Notes under the pieces: model-generated
Database searches by the model: none
Told to the model about the DNA's origin: nothing
The model's input: only the letters and a program-made list of their open reading frames with translations
DNA from: Patescibacteria group bacterium
GTDB lineage: Bacteria > Patescibacteriota > Patescibacteriia > 2-01-FULL-39-33
Reading direction: 5' to 3'
Length of the DNA: 32,000 nucleotides
Assembly (NCBI GenBank): GCA_041649575.1
Contig: JBAZMW010000001.1
Span: forward strand, 60,001 to 92,000
In this document: piece by piece, positions 25,649-32,000 of the stretch
How the letters are laid out: each line of letters starts with the position of its first letter
How positions within the stretch are numbered: position 1 is the first letter of the stretch
Position numbers and translations under genes: made by a program

Positions 25649-27460
25649 ATGCTAAAGAAAAAATTTAAATATTTTTTAGGAATTGTTTTGGTGGGTATAA
25701 TTGCCGCGACTGGTTTGTTGTTTTACAATTTTAAGACATTGCAAGCGCAGAACTCCGATTATGATTTGGCCGGTTGGCTTTGGAGTGATAATTATGGCTG
25801 GATTTCTCTGAGTTCGGATAATTGCAAACTGCCCGATTGCATTCCCGGCCCTAATGATTATGGCGTTAGATTAAATTCAAACAATACGGTTAGTGGCTAT
25901 GCCTGGTCGAATAATGTTGGCTGGATCTGTTTTGGCGAAACTTGTTCGGGAGTCGCGCCCGATGGCGGAGGCCCGAGGATCGTTTTGGATGATAACAGCG
26001 GTCGATTGAGCGGCTGGGCCAAGGTGGTTTCCCTGGCAGATCAGGGCTGGATAAGTTTGGGTAGTGGAGAGGTTTTGGGCGAGATTAAAGGCGAAATATG
26101 CTATGACTGCAAACCGGTTTGCGAGGATTGGACGGCTTACAGGAGGTGTGACGGCAAGGGCTGCCAAGAATCAAACACCAAGTGCCAGGCAGGCGAGATC
26201 GGCTGCACCAATGTCGAGCCTTGCGTGGTTTATTCGGAAGAAAAATATGAACGTTGCAACACTTGTTTTTCAGAAACTTTTTTTTGCAACAATGAGAATG
26301 ATTGCCGTCAGCCGCCCGATTCCGATCCGGTGGTTGGAGGCAGCGGGAAGATTTGTTCAGATTGCCAATTAAATTGTCATAAAGAATTTGATCCTTTAAA
26401 AAAGAATAATCGGATCGTCTGCGATAAATGTTTCAGGTGCAGAAATTATGGGGTTAGCTCCGAGGTTTTGGCTGATTTTAGCAACGGTGAAATTCTGGGT
26501 TGGGGCTGGAACGGCATAAAAGAAGGAAGCAACTGGGTGGGTGGAGCCGGTTGGGTGCATTTTAATACCGGTCGGGGAGCCTTTATTGTTTATCCTTGGC
26601 TGGAAACATTGTATGGCGCGATCTATAGCTCTAATGAGGTCAGGCAAAGAGCCGGATTAATTGATAATAATGCAACTTATTGTATTTTTGCCAAAGACGT
26701 GATTAGGGTTAGTTCAGCGCGCTGTGAGGAAAGAGTAATTAGTGATGTCAATATTAATTTTCCGAGCTTGGAAGCGGAGACAAATTATCGCAATGCTTTA
26801 GGCAAAATAGATTACACTGGACTGGTGACGCCGGTGGTTGTTGAAGGCAAAACTAACAAATACGGCAACGAAATAATCAAAATAGGCGATGGCTGGCTTG
26901 GTCCTCAAGGAAATGTTTTAGACGACAAAGTCTATTATCGCGAAGGCGATCTGACGATTGGCAGCTCGGGGTTGGTTTTCAATAATGCTCCGGAAGATTC
27001 GCAACAGAAGGGCAACGGGATAATTGTGATTGATGGAGATTTGAGGGTTAATGGCGACGTGTCCTATAATGGCCAATTAACCGATGATTTAAGACAGCTG
27101 TCTTCGGTAGCCTGGCTGGTCAGGGGCGATGTAATAATTAATGGCGACGTCAAGAGATTGGCTGGAGCATTTATAATTATGGGCAAAGGCAATGATTGCG
27201 AAGAGCTGGCTGGTTCACAGCCGGATTACCCGCATTACCGACAAAACAGTTGTGGCGTATTTTTTTCTGGAGAATCGGACAAGTCGCTGACTTCCCTGGG
27301 TTTAATTATTTCCAGAGCGTTTGATTTCCGTCGCACGTTTGCTAGTCGTAAACAAGGGGCAGAGAGAATAATTTACGATGGCCGTTTGATCGCCAACCCG
27401 CCGCCAGGCCTGGAAGGGTTTGTGGAAAAGCTGCCAGTTATCAGAGATTTTTCATTTTAA
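25649..27460 (+). CDS. Secreted or anchored protein (603 aa): GW-repeat region, Cys-rich region and a beta-helix-like C-terminal half
   Basis: N-terminal TM 'FLGIVLVGIIAATGLLFY'. Repeats 'GWLWSDNYGWISL', 'GYAWSNNVGWICF', 'GWAKVVSLADQGWISL' and 'GWGWNG..GGAGWVHF'. More than 20 Cys in residues ~150-265. 'GIIVIDGDLRVNGDVSYNG...WLVRGDVIINGDVKRLAGAFIIMG'. Confidence 0.7.
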   Translation: MLKKKFKYFLGIVLVGIIAATGLLFYNFKTLQAQNSDYDLAGWLWSDNYGWISLSSDNCKLPDCIPGPNDYGVRLNSNNTVSGYAWSNNVGWICFGETCSGVAPDGGGPRIVLDDNSGRLSGWAKVVSLADQGWISLGSGEVLGEIKGEICYDCKPVCEDWTAYRRCDGKGCQESNTKCQAGEIGCTNVEPCVVYSEEKYERCNTCFSETFFCNNENDCRQPPDSDPVVGGSGKICSDCQLNCHKEFDPLKKNNRIVCDKCFRCRNYGVSSEVLADFSNGEILGWGWNGIKEGSNWVGGAGWVHFNTGRGAFIVYPWLETLYGAIYSSNEVRQRAGLIDNNATYCIFAKDVIRVSSARCEERVISDVNINFPSLEAETNYRNALGKIDYTGLVTPVVVEGKTNKYGNEIIKIGDGWLGPQGNVLDDKVYYREGDLTIGSSGLVFNNAPEDSQQKGNGIIVIDGDLRVNGDVSYNGQLTDDLRQLSSVAWLVRGDVIINGDVKRLAGAFIIMGKGNDCEELAGSQPDYPHYRQNSCGVFFSGESDKSLTSLGLIISRAFDFRRTFASRKQGAERIIYDGRLIANPPPGLEGFVEKLPVIRDFSF

Positions 27461-27487
27461 TTTAAGAGATAAAAAGTTTAAATTCCT

Positions 27488-28618
27488 ATGGGATTATTAT
27501 CGAAGCAAATAAGTTATGTGGGGGTGGATTTGGGGTCGGCTTCAATCAAGATTGTGGAGCTGGCCAATATTAACCATCGTCCCAAATTAATCACTTACGG
27601 TTTTACCGAAAAAAAATTAGCCGGTTGGGCCGGTGAAGATGCCCTGGAACGAACGGAAGAGACGGCGCAGGTAATCAAAGATGTTTATAGTAAGGCCAGA
27701 ATCGGCTCGTCTAAAGCGATTGCCGCCTTGCCGAATTTTTCGGTTTTTACTTCCATTCTAAATTTGCCGGAGATGCCCAAAAAAGAATTAGCCTCGGCAA
27801 TCGGCTGGGAAGCCAAGAAAATTATTCCGATGCCTTTGGAAGATATTATTTTGGATTGGAAAGTAATCAAAGAAACGGCCGAAGACGGTAAGGTTTTAAA
27901 AAATAATGGCATTAACCCTGGCGCAGAAATCAATCTCCAGGAGGTTAATTCATTTAAAAAGATTTTCACCAAACCCAAAAAGAATTTGAAAATCCTTTTG
28001 ACCGGAGCCAGCAAAAACTTAGTAAAGAAATACATCGATATTTTCAGACGTTCTGGCTTGAATTTATTAAGCCTGGAGACGGAGAGCTTCGCTTTAATTC
28101 GCTCGCTGGTTGGTAATGATAAATCAATAATCATGCTGGTGGATTTGGGCGCTACCACCTCCAGCATCACGGTGGTAGATGGGGGGGTGCCGGTTTTGAG
28201 TCGGAGCATCGAGGTTGGCGGCATGATGATAACCAAGGCAGTCTCGGCCAGCCTCAATGTTAATCTGGAGCGAGCCGAACAGTTTAAGCAAGACATGTCT
28301 TTGGGTGGAGAAGAGGCGGACAATTCCCTGCCACAGATAGTGGAAAGATCGTTTTCCTCGATTTTTAATGAAATAAAATACACCGTTAATCTGTATCAAG
28401 AGCAAAACAATAAAAAAATTGAAAAAATTATTTTGACCGGCGGTTCGGCTTTACTGGGTAATTTAACGGGTTATTTGTCGAGAGCGCTTAATATTAATAC
28501 TTATATTGGTGATCCCTGGTCGCGGGTCATTTTTCCCACCGAGCTCAAGCCGATCTTAGACCGCCTGGGAGCCAGATTTGCCGTGGCCATCGGATTGGCA
28601 ATGCGTAATATCGAATAA
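27488..28618 (+). CDS. pilM: Type IV pilus assembly protein PilM (actin-like ATPase fold)
   Basis: 'VGVDLGSASIKIVEL' phosphate-1 motif, 'LVDLGATTSSITVV' and 'IILTGGSALLGNL'. Followed by pilN/pilO-like genes. Confidence 0.85.
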   Translation: MGLLSKQISYVGVDLGSASIKIVELANINHRPKLITYGFTEKKLAGWAGEDALERTEETAQVIKDVYSKARIGSSKAIAALPNFSVFTSILNLPEMPKKELASAIGWEAKKIIPMPLEDIILDWKVIKETAEDGKVLKNNGINPGAEINLQEVNSFKKIFTKPKKNLKILLTGASKNLVKKYIDIFRRSGLNLLSLETESFALIRSLVGNDKSIIMLVDLGATTSSITVVDGGVPVLSRSIEVGGMMITKAVSASLNVNLERAEQFKQDMSLGGEEADNSLPQIVERSFSSIFNEIKYTVNLYQEQNNKKIEKIILTGGSALLGNLTGYLSRALNINTYIGDPWSRVIFPTELKPILDRLGARFAVAIGLAMRNIE

Positions 28619-28624
28619 TTATTT

Positions 28625-29806
28625 ATGCCCAATATTAATCTTTTACCAGAAGATTTGCGAGAGAAAGAAACCAAAGAATTGGAAAAATTGGCCAAACAGC
28701 CAAAGGTTTTGCAGGTGGAATTGACCGAACCAGAGAAAGAGAAGCTTAAAGAAGTTATGAGCGATAAAGCAAAACCATCTTTTTGGACCAAAGTGCTTGG
28801 CCCGAAAGATAAAAAAACAGTGTCTGGGATAGAGGCCGAGGTGCCAGCGGTTGCTCCCAATGAAAGTATTGATATCTTATCCTCGGCTCATAACCAAAAA
28901 GTTAGTTTTGAAAAGGCGAAAAAGCCAGTCTCTTGGTCGGGTGTTTTGGGTCCGGCCCGCTCACCTATCAGGCCGGCAGAATCAAACTCAAATACCGCGA
29001 CTTTTTCCAGCCAGGAGCCGCTGAGAGATAAAAATACAGTCAGGCAAGAGATAATTAAGAATATTGAACTGACAAAACGACAAGGACAACAAAAAGTAAG
29101 CTGGTGGAGTAGAATTTTTCAACCCAGGCCCAGGAAGCCGGAGTTAATAAAATTAGCAGCGGCTCGAGAGCCAGAAAAGAAAATTGTTAACAATAAGGGC
29201 GGTTATCATCAGGCGCCTATGAGCGAAAGATCGATTTTTGATATAAATTTAATACCGGAGGAGCTGCTGATGATAAAGAATCGGACTGCGGCTGGCAGGG
29301 TAATCTCAATTTTATTGGTTGTTATTATTGCCGGTCTCTTGGTCGGCGGTTTATACTGGTTCTTGGGTTTGAAGCAAACCGAGCTGAATAAACAACTGGC
29401 CGTTGAAGAAAAGAATTTAAGCAGTCTAAGGAATAGAATCGACGGCTATGAACTTCAATATCAAAACAGCCTGGCCTTCCAGGACAAGCTGCTGGTTTTG
29501 AGGGATTTGCTGGTCAGTCACGTTTATTGGAGCAATTTTTTTAATCTGCTGGAAAAATATACTTTGGATGATATTTATTATACCAACTTAACCGCTGATG
29601 TTTCGGGAGAATTTGTTTTGCCGGCGGTGGCCAGCGACTACCAGGCGGTCGCCAAACAGATAGAGGTTTTGAAAGAAGCCAGGGATTTTGTTAAAGAAGT
29701 CAAAGTCGATGATATTAAGTTGCGTTTTGACGACCGTAAAGGAGTCGACGGAGTGGCTTTCAAATTAAAAATAGTTTTAGCCGATGGTGTTTTAGCCAAG
29801 CGTTAA
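28625..29806 (+). CDS. pilN: PilN-like protein with a ~198-aa N-terminal extension
   Basis: Canonical PilN layout ('INLIPEEL', then TM 'VISILLVVIIAGLLVGGLYWFL', coiled coil, C-terminal domain) starts near Met199 (ATG 29219). The extension begins with a second 'INLLPEDL' motif. Confidence 0.65.
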   Translation: MPNINLLPEDLREKETKELEKLAKQPKVLQVELTEPEKEKLKEVMSDKAKPSFWTKVLGPKDKKTVSGIEAEVPAVAPNESIDILSSAHNQKVSFEKAKKPVSWSGVLGPARSPIRPAESNSNTATFSSQEPLRDKNTVRQEIIKNIELTKRQGQQKVSWWSRIFQPRPRKPELIKLAAAREPEKKIVNNKGGYHQAPMSERSIFDINLIPEELLMIKNRTAAGRVISILLVVIIAGLLVGGLYWFLGLKQTELNKQLAVEEKNLSSLRNRIDGYELQYQNSLAFQDKLLVLRDLLVSHVYWSNFFNLLEKYTLDDIYYTNLTADVSGEFVLPAVASDYQAVAKQIEVLKEARDFVKEVKVDDIKLRFDDRKGVDGVAFKLKIVLADGVLAKR

Positions 29807-29826
29807 ATTTTAAACAATAGCGATTT

Positions 29827-30447
29827 ATGAACGGTAATCTAGAAAACAAAACAAGCCAGCCTCTAAAAAAGAAAGAAGGGCGTTTTGGTTTTATTGTTAA
29901 TCAATTTTTCCCGCTAATGGTGGTTGTAATTTTTCTGGCTGTTTTAATCGGCGGTTATCTATTGGTCGTCAGATGGCAATACGAGAAATTAATCAGCAGT
30001 CGAGCCGACTTGCAGCGGCTAAAAACCGGAATAATAAATTTGGAACAGAGGGAAAAATTATTAAAGAAATACCAATCGGAGGGTTTTAGGTTTTCGGAAA
30101 ATGAGCAAGATTTGCTGTCTCTAGCCCTGCCCAAGGATTTTGACTTGCCAGCTTTTATTATTCAGCTAAAAAACTTGGCCGATAATTATGGCTTCTTGAT
30201 AAACAATATAAAAATAACCGAGACTGCTGCCGGAGCAGCGGGCAATAAAGTTCAGGTGGCCGAACAGGCCAACCATTTGAAAAAATTGGGAATCGAATTG
30301 GAGCTGATCGGCGGTGATTACGGTAATTGGAAAAAAGTATTAACTGCCATGGAGTCCAGTATTATGATTTTTGATGTCACGGCTTTGGATTTTTCGGCCG
30401 ACAACCCGGTTTATAAGTTGAAGCTGGTTACCTATTATTACAATTAA
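29827..30447 (+). CDS. pilO: PilO-like pilus assembly protein
   Basis: N-terminal TM 'FFPLMVVVIFLAVLIGGYLLV', a coiled-coil segment and a ~100-aa C-terminal domain. It sits after the pilM and pilN-like genes. Confidence 0.55.
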   Translation: MNGNLENKTSQPLKKKEGRFGFIVNQFFPLMVVVIFLAVLIGGYLLVVRWQYEKLISSRADLQRLKTGIINLEQREKLLKKYQSEGFRFSENEQDLLSLALPKDFDLPAFIIQLKNLADNYGFLINNIKITETAAGAAGNKVQVAEQANHLKKLGIELELIGGDYGNWKKVLTAMESSIMIFDVTALDFSADNPVYKLKLVTYYYN

Positions 30448-30463
30448 TTTAAACTAACGTTTT

Positions 30464-30817
30464 ATGATATCCAGGGAGAAAAAGAAGGGGTTTAATGTTT
30501 ATTTAGTTTTAATAGTGGTGGTTGTTTTATTTTTGGCTTTGCTGGGCGCTAATTTTTGGCTGGTCAATAAAAGCTTTCAGCCTTTGGAAAAAAGCCAGGA
30601 CAGTAATGTGGACATCGCCCTGGATAAAAGCCGGGCAGCCACGAAGATCAAGGAGGAGTTAGTTGTCAAATTAGAACAAATGGAAAAAAGGGGGAAATTC
30701 GGCAATTGGCCTTTGGTTTTGGCCGAGATCAAGCTAAGTGACAATCGAGACAACCCTTTTGTCAAAAAGTTAGTCAAAGAAAGCGATATTATTTTAGCGC
30801 CATTATTGAAAGATTAA
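30464..30817 (+). CDS. Small N-terminally anchored protein in the pil string, function unknown
   Basis: TM 'VYLVLIVVVVLFLALLGANFWLV'. 117 aa. Located between the pilO-like gene and pilB. Confidence 0.5.
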   Translation: MISREKKKGFNVYLVLIVVVVLFLALLGANFWLVNKSFQPLEKSQDSNVDIALDKSRAATKIKEELVVKLEQMEKRGKFGNWPLVLAEIKLSDNRDNPFVKKLVKESDIILAPLLKD

Positions 30818-30870
30818 CGCCAGTCAAGCCATGGGTTTTATTATAAATAGCAGCCCGCTCTAGGATTTTT

Positions 30871-32000
30871 ATGAATCTCAACAATACCGATAGAATTAAA
30901 AACGCACTGCTTAGCAGAAATTTAATCGATCCTAAGGATTTGGCCGTAGCCGAAGCCAAGGCGATTGAGACCAACAAGAGTTTGGAGGAGATTTTAGTTC
31001 AGGAGCGATATTTTGCCAGCAAGGAATTCAATAAACTAAAAGGAGAAATTTTTAATTTGGAAACAATTGACCTGGAAGAGATAACGGCTGATCAGGCAAC
31101 CTTAAACCTATTGGCTCCCAAAGTGGCAGAAAATTATCAGGCGGTGATTTTTGCCAGAGCCGGCGACGAGATAAAGGTGGGCTTGGTTGATCCCGGAAAT
31201 TTTCAGGCTCATGAGGCCATAGACTTTTTGGCGACACAAAAGGGATTGAGACCAAGGTATTACGCGATATCTTTTCAGGATTTTAGATCGACCTTCAATC
31301 AGTACAGCGGCTTTAAAAAAGAAATTGGAACGGCGGTCGAGGCGGCTAAAGTCAAGTTTGCCCAGCGGGAAGGATTTTTAAAAGTAAAAGAAGAGGAAGA
31401 AGACTTCGATCAGGTAGTCAAAAGCGCGCCGGTGGCAAAAATTGTTTCGGTAATCGTAAAGCATGCTGTCGATGGCGGCGCTTCGGATATTCACATCGAG
31501 CCAGGAAGAAGCACCGGTCGGGTACGTTATCGCGTTGATGGCAATTTGTTTAATTCGCTGACTCTGCCAGATTATCTTTATAATGCCGTGATTTCTAGAA
31601 TCAAGGTTTTAGCCAACATGAAATTAGATGAAACCCGTTTGCCGCAAGATGGCAGAATCAGGTTTAAGCTCGATGATCGCGAGGTAGATTTGAGAGTCTC
31701 TGTCTTGCCGACTCTAAACCAGGAGAAAGTGGTGATGAGGGTTTTGGACACTTCGGCGGGAGTGCCCACCTTGGCCGAGCTGGGTTTTTCTGACTATCAT
31801 ATTCAAATAATTGAAAAAAACATTAAGAGGCCATACGGATTATTTTTACTGACAGGCCCGACCGGGAGTGGCAAGACCACCACCCTTTATTCTGTTTTAA
31901 ATATTTTGAATTCAGACCAGCAAAATATCACTACCCTTGAAGATCCGATAGAATATTATATCGACGGGGTTAACCAGTCGCAGATTAATCCTGATATTGG
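30871..32000 (+). CDS. pilB: Type IV pilus assembly ATPase PilB (GspE family), 5' part; runs off the window
   Basis: Not in the ORF track because it has no stop. My translation from ATG 30871: 'MNLNNTDRIKNALLSRNLIDPKDLAVAE...' (N-terminal GSPII_E-like domain). Then '...SDIHIEPGRSTGRVRYRVDGNL...ISRIKVLANMKLDETRLPQDGRI...' and Walker A 'LLTGPTGSGKTTTLYS'. Confidence 0.9.
   Translation, partial: MNLNNTDRIKNALLSRNLIDPKDLAVAEAKAIETNKSLEEILVQERYFASKEFNKLKGEIFNLETIDLEEITADQATLNLLAPKVAENYQAVIFARAGDEIKVGLVDPGNFQAHEAIDFLATQKGLRPRYYAISFQDFRSTFNQYSGFKKEIGTAVEAAKVKFAQREGFLKVKEEEEDFDQVVKSAPVAKIVSVIVKHAVDGGASDIHIEPGRSTGRVRYRVDGNLFNSLTLPDYLYNAVISRIKVLANMKLDETRLPQDGRIRFKLDDREVDLRVSVLPTLNQEKVVMRVLDTSAGVPTLAELGFSDYHIQIIEKNIKRPYGLFLLTGPTGSGKTTTLYSVLNILNSDQQNITTLEDPIEYYIDGVNQSQINPDI

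Noticed and set aside
21253-27460. The three large exported proteins as type IV (pseudo)pilins
   Set aside because: None has the class III signal (G/A-F/M-T/S-L-x-E) at the N-terminus. They have ordinary hydrophobic signal or anchor sequences with A-x-A-like sites.
27685-28383. 232-aa antisense ORF inside pilM (and 28124..28405, 28501..28860)
   Set aside because: It is fully embedded antisense to a well-supported pilM with clear actin-fold motifs and has no independent signals. The same reasoning applies to the many 60-130 aa antisense ORFs inside virB4, recG, radA, clpC and the surface-protein genes.
1-32000. Alternative genetic code (UGA recoding as in some CPR lineages), CRISPR arrays, IS elements/integrases
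   Set aside because: Genes are full-length under the standard code, and comFC terminates at TGA. No regularly spaced direct repeats were seen. No transposase, integrase or recombinase-like ORF was found on either strand.

Overview
The window looks like a densely packed chromosomal segment from a small-genome, AT-leaning bacterium. Standard genetic code applies: long ORFs are intact and comFC ends in TGA. Gene content and protein style suggest a CPR/Patescibacteria (Parcubacteria-like) organism, but this is inference only. There are three co-directional gene strings. (1) Plus strand 360-6216 carries a hypothetical protein, a minimal type IV secretion (T4SS)-like module and ComFC. The module has a PrgI/VirB3-like protein, a VirB4-type ATPase preceded by a same-frame 227-aa ORF, and a small anchored protein. 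It is followed by two tRNA-Ser genes, a small membrane protein, tRNA-Arg and recG. (2) Minus strand 10296-21099 carries radA, two VirB2/TrbC-like pilin paralogs (one fused to a lysozyme-like domain) and a DsbA-like protein with a CxxG site. It continues with a PD40/TolB-like propeller, a Glu/Lys-rich membrane protein, clpC, htpX and lemA. (3) Plus strand 21253-32000 carries three large secreted Cys-rich/repeat proteins followed directly by pilM, a pilN-like gene, a pilO-like gene, a small membrane protein and pilB (runs off the window). Two short GC-rich non-genic islands stand out against the AT-leaning background. The first lies between the two tRNA-Ser genes (6483-6719). It has a 40-nt perfect palindrome, an 18-bp duplication of the tRNA 3' end and several hairpins. 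The second lies between recG and radA (9528-10295). It has two consensus sigma70-type promoters, an intrinsic terminator and two small ORFs (Zn-ribbon and HTH-like). The best candidate for an undescribed system is the dispersed T4SS-like apparatus sitting among competence and recombination genes. It combines VirB3/VirB4 with mosaic pilins that share a 211-bp core, and a pilin-muramidase fusion. No CRISPR array, transposase, integrase or recognisable defence gene was seen.
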